From: Chlorokybus atmophyticus
Taxonomy: Eukaryota; Plantae; Mesostigma and Chlorokybus algae
Assembly (NCBI GenBank): GCA_009103225.1
Contig: RHPI01002090.1
Span: 308,625-372,624 of the forward strand
Length of the DNA: 64,000 nucleotides
Direction of reading: 5' to 3'
Below, piece by piece: positions 36,843-49,494 of this stretch. Each line of letters begins with the position of its first letter. Within the stretch, counting starts at the first letter, position 1. The position numbers were made by a program, and so were the translations under genes. The notes beneath the pieces were generated by a model. The model made no database searches. It worked only from the letters and a program-made list of their open reading frames with translations, and had not been told where the DNA came from.

Positions 36843-38436
36843 TCACAGTGCTTGCTCAACGTTGACAGGCAAAGTGTCCAGACCGAAAAACAAAACAGTA
36901 TCAGCGTCTACCACAGCACACATCAATGGTGCGTCCACTGCCTGCTCTGTAGCATGCAGAGCGGGCCATAGCGGTATGCAGTCATCAGCCCTGCAGCGAC
37001 ACCAAGTGAGTCAAACAACGGGGCTCCCCACAGCGGGATCAATGCGTAGTCACAGCATGCTAGCGTAAGGAAAACGGGGCGTCCCGCACAACAAGAGCCG
37101 CAATGCACCGCCGTTCTTGTGTTGCACACAGGCACACGCACTGCATACATACCTGCATATGCAGATCCAAAAGGCTGGTGGGCCAGGGTTCCGCTTGCTG
37201 AAATGCGCATCCGGTAACCAAACGCCATACGCCAGTTTCATGGCTTCCGCCTCCCTATTACGTACGGCGTTGGCCGCATGCTGGCGAGGATCACAGAAAG
37301 GATGCAGGATTTCTGCACATTGGCGTAAGTACGCCGCCCATACATCCTGACCCATGCAATGCTTGTTGTAGACTTCAACATGAATATTCGGCATCCATGA
37401 CAGCACATGACGCAACACCGTGTTGACTTCTGAGCAGCAGCACAATGCAAACAAACATAAGCAGTCTCCAAAACTTGTCTTTCTTACCCTTGCAAGCATG
37501 GCTTACCATCCAAACTGAGGACTGCTGCAGAGTCCGTGATGGCGTGCAGGTGCTGCTCCTGAAGACCACGATGAGATTGCCTTGAGTAACGCAGCAAATG
37601 CAACTGATAAGCCTGCTCTGTAGCAGTGAATGCTACTGCGTGACAAGCGCTTGTGGTTGGGCTTACCGTTGCACTAGTTTTTGCGACAACAAAATACTGA
37701 GCATTGCTGACTTCAGCCTCGGATTCAGCAGTGACATCTGGTGTTATCTGCTCCTTCTGTTGTGAAGTTACACCCTTTGGTACCCATTGCCCTCGCCGGC
37801 CCACGACATAACCAAGCTTCCTCAAATGGGAGTACACTTGATAGTGCTCAAGCGGAACACCTGGACACCCCAGGTGAGAATCCTACATGCATCTTCCCTT
37901 GCAACAAGTAATGCAATACAATCAGATTTGCTATAACACTCCACATCGAGAGCTCCTGCACAACAACACAAACCTGCACTCAGCATGAGCCCAAACGCTT
38001 TGTGCACGGACACTGTGATGGATTCCAGCAACAGTGTGAGGCTTCCCGTCTCCACCATGTGCCTGTGGAATTGTTGTGTCAGCCATGCTGGCTCGATGCA
38101 CACTGCACACTTGTTTGTATGCAGTCGAGCGCTTACACTGCTTCTTCAGGGTAGCAAAGAGAAACACCGTTGCGAGAGAAGCCGACGGCGTGCCACTGCG
38201 AGCCACATACGCTTGTCAACTCTACAAGCGCCAGATCGGAGCGCCACACGCCTATGGATGTTCGCTTCCTGTAATCAAACCAGTAATGTTTAACACCTTC
38301 CAAACAGCAAGTTCAAACGCTAGCATTGCAAGTATGCATGCTCTCACCGTGCGACTCTTGCGTCATTGCAACTGCTTGATGCAGACTCGCTGTCATCTAC
38401 AGCCTCAGCAGCCTCCTCTCCAGTACTCGACACCAT
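36843..38436 (-). CDS. TSEN54: tRNA-splicing endonuclease subunit Sen54; multi-exon
   Basis: SIGVWRSDLALVELTSVCGSQWHAVG...YPEEA; VYSHLRKLGYVVGR; AYGVWLPDAHFSKRNPGPPAFWIC; PLMCAVVDADTVLFF. Confidence 0.85.
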
Positions 38437-38540
38437 GCCTGCCAAGTGCTTATCATGAGCATTGACAAAACCGAAAGCAACTCTGTCATGTGCAAAGGAC
38501 AAGACCAAATAACTGGACCGAATGGGGATGTGTGCACATA

Positions 38541-39189
38541 CTATGGCTGGTTGGCTTTGGGTGCGATGTAGTAAGGAGGGGACGTGCGTTGCGCAAGGCT
38601 CAGCAGCTCCTGGCGATCCACAGCAGCGAGAGAAGTGTCCGACTGCTCCTCCTCCCGTCTCATGCGAAGCGTGTACTGCTCCTCCAGCGGACTCCACATA
38701 GGCTCTACGCCCGTCGTGTCCAACTCATCAATGCAACGCACTGCAACAACAATCAACTCAGAAACAGAGACCAGAATTCCTCAACGTCTTGCATGTCAAC
38801 ATATGCAACTCATCGGCACAATTGGTGCACAGCATGACGTGACATGACATGACACGACAGTGCGAGCAGCTTTGCGTTGCCCACGCCATGGACAACGTGT
38901 GAGTGAAGCAAGTCAATGCGCTGGCTTAAACAGCGCAACAATGCTCAACAATCGGCTGTGAACGTCTGCTTGTCATTGTAGTAAGACTTTCCCAGTGTCT
39001 CGCTCAAAACACAGGTTACTGCTTACCAAATTGCAGCAGGGACTCCAAGTCTGGGCGGAGCGCCTGTGTGTCTTGGACGGGCAGCGCGGCGAGCCTGGCT
39101 AGCTTGGTGAGGTCGGGCGTGTCCTTGACGGGGACGCTCTTGGACAGCAGTGAACGCACGGCCCAAGTGGCGCGGGGCGGGAAGGCCAT
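38541..39189 (-). CDS. gatC: Glu-tRNA(Gln) amidotransferase subunit C, organellar; 2 exons
   Basis: PDLTKLARLAAL...LESLLQF|VRCIDELDTTGVEPM...LRMRRE...RQELLSLAQRTSPPYYIAPK. The start codon is uncertain. Confidence 0.8.
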
Positions 39190-40272
39190 CAATCAGTCGC
39201 CTGAGCAGCATGCACACCCGCCCATCATGCACAGACGCACACATTCAACGCTGAGCGCAGCTAACAAGGAACAAGGGCAGGCACCATTACAGCCAACCAG
39301 GTGAAGCAGGCAAAGTAGGCATAGTAGAGAAGGCACAGAGCTGCTGTGAGACCGTACCGTGCCACCACCGCCGCCGCCGTTGTCCCAACTACACGTCGCC
39401 AAATGCGAAAACGCATAGCGTCAGGAGGGTTTGCAGCGCGTCATCGTCGGCGTTGTCGTTGTTTGCAAGCTTGCGGGCTGCTTGCGGGAGCTGATCGGGT
39501 TCATGGTGGGCTGGCCTGAGCTGAAAACGGGGTGTTGTGGAGCGCTAGGCCTACAAGCGTTGGCCAACACAAATCTCTGCACTGCTTCATAGGTGAGTCA
39601 CGCTGATCAGCAACATGCACGTGCGTGATGAATGCTGCTTCGATGAGGGGGGAACAAATGGCCGACGGTCAAGGCTGTGGCATTCTGTGCATGTCACGCA
39701 TGTGTTGAAGCCATCAGCATTTATTCGATTGACTTGCATGACGCTGGGTTTGTGGCTGTAGTATTGTGTGGTTATGACGCTGTCATTGAGCGTCATTGCG
39801 AGGCTGTGTCACGCAGCACTTGCCGATATATATGCTCGTCCCCTTCCCCTCCCCTTTGCCCCTCGCTTGCCTCCAATGTGCCCCCCCCCCCCTCCCCCAA
39901 ATAACCAGACCAATGCACATCCAGTTCAAGAAATTAGTTGCTGAGATGCACACAACTTCTTACTGGCAGTTGGACTGTGCTGTTGCCGGTCTGCAGTGGC
40001 TCAACATCAGTGTGTGATACACGCTATGGTCATTGTGTTCAGATTGACTGTGCAAGGGAGGGAACACAACAGCCAAGTAGTTGCGGCGGTTTGTCTGGTT
40101 GCACCAAACATGGCAGGCACACGCTAGGTACGGGCTGAAGGTCTGCAGCTCAACATACCGACAAGTGCGGGCTTGCAGACCATGGAGCAGATGAAACATA
40201 GCTTACGAGTACTATGGATTCCTGTCTAAGTAACTCGCGACAATGCATGCAGATCCAGCCTACGCAGTCAGC

Positions 40273-43200
40273 ATGCGAGCGCGAGCAGGCTGGTGGCAGG
40301 GCAGCCTGCTTTGCTGCTGCTTGACAGCATGTTGGTTGCACGCCTCGCACTGCACACATGCCAGCGCTACCACCAAACCGACTGCGGATGTGTTATACGA
40401 GGAGGCCATGCGGTACGCTGCTTGCTGGAGGCTTTGATTTGTGGATTGCACAGGCACAGGACAGACTGTAATCTGAACACTGCAATGTGATCGTGCCAAC
40501 ACCACTTGCACAACAGGCACAGGGCTTTGCGAGACACGCAAGCTGCTGAGCAGTCGCTTGCAGAGCTGCGTGAGGCTGCGGAGAGGCACGAGGTGAGCTA
40601 TACACACTCCTATGCGTGCGCACGCACACACGCATATGACTTTGTCGAGCCTCACTTGTGAAGTGTACTATACTTCTGCACACAGGCCGGTGACGGCGTG
40701 CAGCAAAGCTTTGAGGAGGCCGCACGCTACTATGCGGCTGCGGCGAATGCGGGGGACGTGCAGTCGCAAGAAGCAATCGCGTTTATGCATGCAACTGGTG
40801 TTGGGGTTCCCAGAGACATTGCAAAGGTAGGACAAGCATGAAGTCGCACACAACAATGCAGCAACCTACTCACAATATTTAACTTCTCGTTCTGGTTAAC
40901 AAAGTTGGCTCGTCATCCTCGTGCACAAGTAATGCGCTCTGCCTGCAGGCTGTTGTGTACTGGCACTTTGCTGCGCCGGATGGCTCTTCCCTATCGCAGA
41001 TGGCGCTAGGCTATCGATCCAGTCAGGGTCTCGGCCTTGCAGAGTCTTGCAGACATGCCTTTGTTCACTACCGCGCAGCAGCGCAGACAGGTGTGTGTGA
41101 TGTCAACTTCTGGTGATGTCAACTTTTGCTGCTGTTGTAGTACAACACATGTGTTGTACAACGGCACACGCATTGTACAGCACAACAATAACAACAACAT
41201 ATACAACATGCGTGTCGTTGTACAGGTTGTGTGTTGTTTTGTGGTGGTGGTGTTGAAAATCAACCACCTTACCATCAGTTTGCTCCCAGTTGCCTCAGCG
41301 GCGGAGGTGCCCGGAAGGCTGCCGCTGCCTTACAGGCGGGTCCGCCTCGCCGCACAGTCGGCTCCGGGCTACTACTCCAGCACCAACGAGAAAGAACTCC
41401 TGCAGTTTTATGAGTACAACGCCGACATGGGCAACACCGACGCGCAGGTGTGTGGATGCGGCTGTGTTGTTCCAATTCACCCAAGCAGTTTTCATGGCAT
41501 GATGCAATGTCATGCTTCCTCCACTGTTGAATTGAACACAATGTGAGTAGGTTGCTATCGGCGAGCTTTTCAGCAGAGGTTCTAGCGAACTGTCGAGAGA
41601 TACCAGCAAGGCGCTGTACTATTTCAGACAGGCTGCAGCTCAGGTAGGTGCCTTTCAATGGGATGTCATTACGCACATCCTAACGAGAGAAGTTGTAAAA
41701 TGTGACCTAGTTTTGATACGCGGGCAACATGGCAGGGTGATGCAGACGCCATGGCACAGGTTGTCATGAAGTGATGAGTAGCAGTGTCGAGCTGCCCATG
41801 GTGGTGGTGGTTGTGTTCTAACATGTTGGGGTGTTGTATTGCCACCAGCTCGGCACGATGTACGCGCACGGCCTGGACGTGGCTGCAGACAACGAAACTG
41901 CGCTCGAATATTTCCGGCAAGCTGCAGAAAAGGCGAGTCATATGACGCGTCTCATGCGGGACAATGAGGGTGTTGCAAGCCACTTGTATCTCAAAATGAA
42001 CTGTTTTGCAGTCAAGTCCAGCGGGGCTTTACGGCTTGGGCATGATGTACTACGAGGGCAGAGGCGTTGATATCAACACGAACGTCGCGATGCACAACTT
42101 CATGCAAGCGGCAAAGCTGCATGAGCCCAACGCACTCTACCGACTCGGCATGATTTCCTTAGGTGCCGTACAAACAAAATGACACCTAAACATGGCTGTA
42201 TATACGCATTTGTCACATGTAACTCGCTCCTCAGATGGTGCCGGCACAATGGAAGCGAGGCATGCAGGAGCAGCGCAGCGTTTCATGGCAGCGAGTTCGC
42301 AGGGGCACCTGCCATCCATGTACCAGCTGGCCCTGCTTCAGTTTCAAGGGCTGGGCGTCCCGGCCAGCTCGTGCTCTGTGGCAGTGAAGCTACTGAAACA
42401 GGTGCACATGTAAGGGTTTCCCTTGACTGCATCACCGCCGACAATTGACTGACCATTGGGCAGCCCGTGTGCAAGAGTTTCTGTTCTGTTTGGTAGGTTT
42501 GTGTGCTGATGATAAAAGCACAAGCAGGTTGCGGAGCAAGGAAGATGGTCGTCGAGCATACACGAGGCGTACAGCGCGTACACTGCTGGGAAATATCGCA
42601 TTGCTCTGTACCTGTACTTGAAAGCTGCAGAGGCTGGTTACGAGGTGCGCATTGCATTCGGTGTGTCTCACATTATTGTAGTGTTGTGTAGCTCAGTGGT
42701 ATGTTGCTTGCCAGCAGTGCTTGCTTGACTCGATTCGTGCCTGTATTCGGTGTGTGGTTGTTATAGCTGGCGCAAAGCAATGCTGCGTGGATGCTGGACA
42801 ACGGCTACGGTGAGAGAGACATCCGGGTGCGACCGTCCCCTTCATCGCTGGAGCGGGCACTCTACTATCATGCGCGCTCTGCAGATCAAGGCAGTGTCCA
42901 TTCCCTTCTGCAGGTCTGGGGCAGATGCAACATTTTGCATCTGGCAACCCATGTCTCTTTTATTGTGTGGTCTACTTGCGCACCAAAACGAGTGTGTGCC
43001 AGCACTTGCTGAGTATTGCTGTGTACTTTTCAGATTGGGGATCATCACTTCTATGGGCGGGGTACTGGCATCGATGCTACCAGGGCATTCTCTCTGTACC
43101 AACAGGTGCCACTGAGTTTTGAGAAATCACGACATTGCAAATGTGGCAGTATGTCGGCAATAGCGGTCTTGACATTTATTCATGCTTCTTCAAACAGGCG

Positions 43201-43524
43201 AGCATGCTAAAAAGCGCGCAGGCGCACTTCAACATGGGCGTCATGCACGAGCACGGTTGGGGCGTGCCGCAGGACTTTCACCTCGCCAAGCGCAAGTACG
43301 ACGAGACGCTCACAATGAATCCAGGCGCCATCCTGCCTGTCTACCTCGCGCTCGCCAAATTGCACGTGCATTCATATGTCGACGCCCGAGACTTGTGGTG
43401 GGTCGGCGACCGCCTGCTGAACCTCTTTGACAAGCACGACAACTTCGAGAGCATCATCATACTCCTGCTGGTGCTGCTGCTGACCATTGTCATGTACAGG
43501 CGCAATAACTTAGCACAGGTCTAG
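40273..43524 (+). CDS. HRD3: ERAD component HRD3/SEL1L (Sel1 repeats, C-terminal TM); many exons
   Basis: Signal peptide MRARAGWW...; Sel1 repeats (AFMHATGVGVPRDIAKA, QLGTMYAHGLDV, GLGMMYYEGRGV, AHFNMGVMHEHGWGVPQDFHLAKRKYD); C-terminal IIILLLVLLLTIV. Confidence 0.93.
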
Positions 43525-43698
43525 TGTTGACAAGTACAGAATCAGCCGGCAGTTGAGCTTAAACCAACTGTCAGACTCTTGGTGTGCTGAGACGCCATAA
43601 ATCTATATTGCCACTGCCAATAACACATTGTCTGTGTAGCCACTGGATGACACGCTACACGCTGGAGCACAGGCTCTTGTCATAGTAGACTGTTTCAG

Positions 43699-45417
43699 TC
43701 ATGTTGGCGCGCGTCTTCTGATCAACTCTCTAGAGCGCATGTCTGCCTGCCAAGCATACAACGCAAATGTTTGTTTGTTACACGAGTGTCTGCGCGCAAG
43801 ACCACAAACCAACCTGGCGAATGGGTTCAGGCACACGATACCGGCAGCAGAGCGTGACCAGCTTGACTGCCGTCTGTAGTGAGAGCCGGTGACCCACCGA
43901 CACAAACAGCGGGCGGGCGCTGCCAGGGCAACTCCGCAAAGCCTGAGCGAGAGAGCACAAACACACACTTGTCAACGTGGCCAGAGTTCATGCGGGAGCG
44001 AGAGAGCAAAGACACGCGGCGATGCGGAACATTCTGATTCACGCACCGCACCCCACGTGCGTCCCGACTGGCCGATGAGAGGGAGCCAATCACCCGCAGC
44101 GGATGTCTCCCGCGCAGCTCGCGCTTTTACGTCCACAGTTGTCAGCCCATCCAGTTGCAGAAACTACAATAGCACAGTGGTGTTCAGGCTGTGATGCTGC
44201 GAGGCTATCGCTGTGCACTGCAAGAAGCACACAGCAATATACGTGCATTCTTGCCAACTCCTATGGTTGGAATGTCTGCGAGTATGCCGAGCTGGCAAGC
44301 CAGTCCACAGCCTGGCAGGTCAAGTTGTTTAAGCGACAACAGAGGGTTTAAGGTAGCTTATAGCAACCATCAACTGTACAATGTGTGTCATCACTGTCGG
44401 TTGTACCGACTGCCTCTCTCAAACAATAGATGCTTGACTGCTTACCCCGTGGGTGTAGAGTCCCGTTCCCGTCAACCATAAGCACCTGCATGCGGCCATC
44501 AGCGCAATCAGAGTCAGACATGCATAGGTGATGATGACATCGGAACCGATAAGACAAGTAGCTTGCAGACCTGCCTGAGGCATGATGGCGGGTTGACTTG
44601 CGCGCAGCTGTGCGAGCAGTGACAAAAGCACTGGGCACTGCAAAGGCAATGAAATGAGAATGGCACCAATACTCAGCGGTTACACTGTGCCATGTGTACG
44701 TGTATGCGTGCAAGGGGGACGTGCATGTTTGCATACGGCTAGGAGGACATCTGGGCGGTTGTCTCCGTGCTAATGTGTGAGTGGGCATGCGTGTAGATGC
44801 ACGTGGCTGTGCAAGAGTATGTGCATGCCTGTCCCTGCACGAGTGCGAGCGCAAGCGTATGTGTACGCGAGTGTCTGTGTGTGCATGCGCATGTGTGGCA
44901 TGCACTGCAAGCAACCTGGCAAGAGTGCGTGTACCTCCCGGAAAGCCAGATACCCGGCAACATAAGGCGCGGTGATCTGCACGGACTGCATGACCTCCTG
45001 AACAACCTGCCGAGGAAGACGCAACGTACTCATCACACCTTCGACCACCTCCACCAACCCATCCTACCACAAAACACTCACGTGACCTCCTTCCCACCTC
45101 CATCGAAGGGTACTCCAGCACAACAAGTGCCGCGCACGCCATCTGGCCACTGGACATGATGCCGCTCTGGTCGTCGCTGTCGCCATCGAAGCTCACGTCC
45201 ACTCCGCCGATGTACCGCAGCGGCGGCAGGTGAGGCGCCTCCTCGGCCGTACGCCAGGGAGGGCGCCAGGGGACGTCGTCATGCTCGATGACTCGCGCAC
45301 GAAGCTCGTCCTGCTGACTGCTTGGTGGTGACAACAGGGTTTGCGAGTCAGTCTGATGTGCAGTGCTTGCTGTCAAACACACACATGCACACATACGCGC
45401 GCACGCACACGCGCGCA

Positions 45418-45466
<49 letters not shown>

Positions 45467-46046
45467 TCCTAGACGTGCCCGTGCGAGCACCTTCGTGCAC
45501 AAACATACACACGCACGTGTGTTCATGCGTACGCGCATGTTGTATGAAGCACGTAGGTGTGCTGCATGTGTGTTGTGTTGCGCGTCTGCTGTAGTCACGG
45601 TTGGCATGTTTGTGATGGCTAGCAGCGTAGTAGCTGGCTTATAGCTTTTTGCAAACCGGTAGCTCAGCAGACTGCTTTACCGCTTGTCAGCACTCTGTGC
45701 TTGCTCCACCCGCTAGTACTGCTATTGCTGCTGCGCTTGTGAGATTAAAAATGCGGCCAGCTTGAATGCTTTGCATGTTTCCATCCATGTTCACCACAAC
45801 CAAGCAAGTTGAGAGAGTGACAAAAGTCGTTCAAGGCGGCCGCACAGGCTGTGTGCGGCACAGCACCACTCTTGTGTTTGTCTTTGCCAAAGTGCTTTTA
45901 CTGCTCACTGGACTGGACGCAAGCTAGGCAACCCACGCGCAGGCACACAACAACGACAACGACAGCCATGCCGAGTCGTACACACTGCACCTTCGCCACA
46001 GGTTGAGCTGGTCGTCCAGCAGGTCGCCGCCGACTCCGGACGCCAT
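43699..46046 (-). CDS. ENDOV: Endonuclease V; multi-exon
   Basis: YIGGVDVSF; [11 protein letters not shown]; [35 protein letters not shown]; PEPIRQAD. Confidence 0.95.
45418..45462. repeat. Intronic (AC)n microsatellite
   Basis: Seen directly; another (AC)n lies at ~46505-46541. Confidence 0.9.
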
Positions 46047-46495
46047 GACGACGCTAACGCCGACACTACCGACAACTGCCACGTCATCTCACCCAAGTGT
46101 GAATCGTCGTCATCAACATCATCATCAGCACCATCATCAACATCTTGGCATGCAAGCAGCTTGAGGCGGCGGCGGCAGCGGCGGTGGAGGTGAAGGTGGA
46201 GGTGGCGGCAGATAGCGACGCAAGTGCCTACCTGCTGTTAAGTCTGCAAGTGCGGTAACCCTGATCAGACTTGCACAGGCAAGGTGTGGAGAGCATGCGT
46301 GCTGCCCACGTCTCCCTGTGCATGTTGCGTGCATGCTGGCAAAAAAAAGTTGCCTTTGGAACCTGTCGATCTGGCACCCCATGCTGCAGTTCTCTTCGCA
46401 TGTTGTACGTGTTGCTTAGACTCCACCGCAACGTGGTTTTTAGCCACCCCAACCAACAGCTACACACACACGCATGCATGTGTCCACCCTCTCAG

Positions 46496-46544
<49 letters not shown>

Positions 46545-46673
46545 CTTCCTCAGCGCAACGCAATCTCTCACCCACCCACCCACCCACAGGCACACGCGCC
46601 GCACGCAAGCACTCAGTCACAGGAGTTGAGTTGAGGTCGTCGTTGCTTGTTGCTCTTCCCCCCTGCTGCTCAG

Positions 46674-47978
46674 ATGGCCGCTGCCAATATCGCCCTGGTG
46701 ACGGGTGCCAACCGCGGGCTTGGCTTCGAGGTCGTGCGGCACCTGGTGCAGCGACAGCCAGTGCTGCCGGCGGCAAGAGTGGAGTCGTCTCTCGCAGAGC
46801 TCGAAGAAGCAGTCAAGGTACTTGTGTGCATTCTGCCATGGTTGCAGTTGCAAACTTACTTACCTGCTCATGTCAAGTCATCTGCGCAACATCAGCTGCT
46901 ATGCTGTCTCATGTCATTGCATACTCTATGCACTGGTTGCTAGCTGTGAACACAGACTAGCATTGCTGAAGGTGTTCCACTCTCTTACCAACATCAGGCG
47001 GAAGGTGGGTCCCAACAGACAGAGCACAAGTTGGTGGGGAGGCTACAGCTGGACGTGTCGGATCCAAAAAGTGTCTCACAAGCCGCGGTGACCATTCAGC
47101 AGAAGTACAGCGGGCGGGTGTCCACACTGGTCAACAACGCAGGCATCTTTCTGGTGAGTGTCCGGTGTGGCCTCAAGAGACATGCAGGACAGCTTGGGGT
47201 TATGTTGCATGCAGCTATACAGTTATACACATCAAGACTTGCAGGATGGGTGGGACCAAAACACTTGGGACGAGTCCATGCGCACCAACTACCACGGCAC
47301 TATGAACCTGACTATGCAACTCCTTCCACACTTGAGTGATGGAGCCAGGATAATAAACGTCACATCTGGTACGCACGACACGTAGTTGTCTTCCTCTTGT
47401 CTCTTCAAGCGTGTTGCCAACTACACTGCTGCTCAGGCTATGCGCGAAGGGAGTTTTTAAGCGCCAGCTACCAGAGGCAGATTGAGCAGGCCAGCACGCT
47501 GGAGGACTTGGCCAACATCAAGTTTGACGCCAGCGACCAGAAGATGTCTAACGGCGCGCATGCGACTTACAAGCTCACGAAAGCGATGGTGAACCGAGCA
47601 ACGCAAATCCTGGCGGATGATCCAAAACTGACCAGCAGAGGAATTTCGTGCAGCGCAGTTGATCCTGGCTGGTGCAGGTGCATTACTTGTGTATTGGCTG
47701 TGGCATGCAATTACTGCCAGTCTGCTGGCAGCAGAGCATGCTGTGTGTACTTGCTATCGTTTTACCAGGCTGCAGTGCGCTGCGTGTGCATGACATGTTG
47801 GGTTGTGAGATGTACGACAACTTTGGTGGTTCTCACGTAGTGCAGAACACGTATGGGTGGCCCGTCCGCCACGAGAAGTGCGAAGCAAGGAGCTGATTCG
47901 ATATTGTACCTATGCTTGCATCCCAACCCCATGCCCACCGGTGGGTTCTTCTTGGATGGGAGGCCTGCCCGTGTTTGA
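46674..47978 (+). CDS. Short-chain dehydrogenase/reductase, carbonyl-reductase (CBR1/neomenthol DH)-like; multi-exon
   Basis: ALVTGANRGLGFEVVR (TGxxxGxG); LVNNAG; NYHGT; IINVTSG; YKLTK (YxxxK); DPGWCRTRMGG. Confidence 0.92.
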
Positions 47979-49026
47979 AACCTTTGGCCCTCTGCGTGGT
48001 TGTAGCATAACAACGGCTGAGCCATGTTGCATAGCCACTGTCAGTGTGCGTTATGCAACATGCAAATCATGGCAAGGGCGTTGGTGCTTGTGTCAAGGCT
48101 CATGTGTGTATTGAAAACTATCAAGCTGGTGTATGTGAGATGTAAGCATTGGCTCAGGCTCCGTGTGCGTTCAATCCGCACAATTGGGACAACAATCATG
48201 ACATGCCGCAAGTTATTGAACGGAGACTGGAAGAGGAAATTGCACATTGATGATGCAATTTGCTTATGGTTAACATGTGCACGTGCTGTGATTGACGCAT
48301 ATACTCACTTTCTGCATATTTTACACTTGCTTTCATGTTGCTTGCACCTCGCTGGCATTCTGTTGATCTCTACAAGTTTACTATGCTGCAACCGTTAATT
48401 ATATCAAATTGTATTCCCGGTGATTTTCATTTAGAATACAAATACAAATTGTGTATCAATGTTAAAACACAATGAAGCCGCTTAAAAGTGTTCAGTCGCA
48501 ATGCCAAAACATATCGACTTTTGCATAATATGCTCAAGTGACTCAATAAAATATGCATATATATGTTAAAGACACATATATTACATTTTAAAGGTAACAA
48601 TGTATTATAATCACGCGCTTCATTATCATTAAAAGTAAAGCAGACATAAAAACGTGTATTAGCAAAGAGGTAATAAAGATGCGTACAATTTCAAACCCGT
48701 TCATGTAAATATCGCATCCTCGTATATGTTAACAGAATTCCTTGCGGATGCCGTTCAACGTGTGTGTGTTTTTTCAGCAAGGTATGAAAAAACTCATGTA
48801 CGTCGCAAAAAATCATCAATATATATTATATATTATATATTGCAGTCACATGGCATTGCATAACGTTATTGTTCAACAACGAATATAACATTATTATAAA
48901 TTACTTATCCAATCACAAGAGCTTGTTATAGCAGCTTATGTTCAGTTAGACGCAGCAATAGTATATTGGTTATTGCATGCGAGAAGTGGGCAGACTTGCA
49001 TGGGCTCATGCATGGATCATCAATGG

Positions 49027-49100
49027 TGAATTACCAATGGTGGCATGGTAATTCATGCCGCATGAATCATGCGGCACGAAGGCGGCATGAATCATGCCGC
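49027..49100. repeat. Three adjacent inverted repeats upstream of NSE4
   Basis: tgaattacca..(9 nt)..tggtaattca; tgccgcatga-a-tcatgcggca (49056-49076); gcggcatga-a-tcatgccgc (49082-49100). Confidence 0.9.
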
Positions 49101-49485
49101 AACTTTGGTTGTTAACTCATGCCTTGATTGCTGCGTCCATGCGGTCCCCCTGCCGCGCGCCCCAAAGTCGCGTAACGGGACACGCCCCTCGCTTTGCAAT
49201 TCGTAATTGGGGGAGCGCCGCGCACCGGCCAAACAGAACCGAAACATGCTCGCCGTCGGCTCCGACCGTCGCGCGCCTTGACCGACCGGAGCTTTGAATA
49301 TTTGAATACCGGAGACAAATATACAAAACCGCTTTCTCGCACAGGCGGGAAGACCAAACCGACCTTGGTTGGTGTCCTTCCCCCCCAGTCTTTCACCCCT
49401 TCGACGACCAGCGTCAAAGGCTCATGATGTGACATTCCACTCAGTTTGGTGTCCTACTAGGGGTTGGAGTTGGCACCAGAGTTCG

Positions 49486-49494
49486 AAACCCTAA
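49486..49494 (+). promoter_or_regulatory. Telo-box-like AAACCCTAA upstream of NSE4
   Basis: Exact motif, followed by GCT as at 18421. Confidence 0.4.

Noticed and set aside
44348-45607. 419-aa single ORF
   Set aside because: It reads through EndoV introns and a (GT)n repeat; only parts are real exons.
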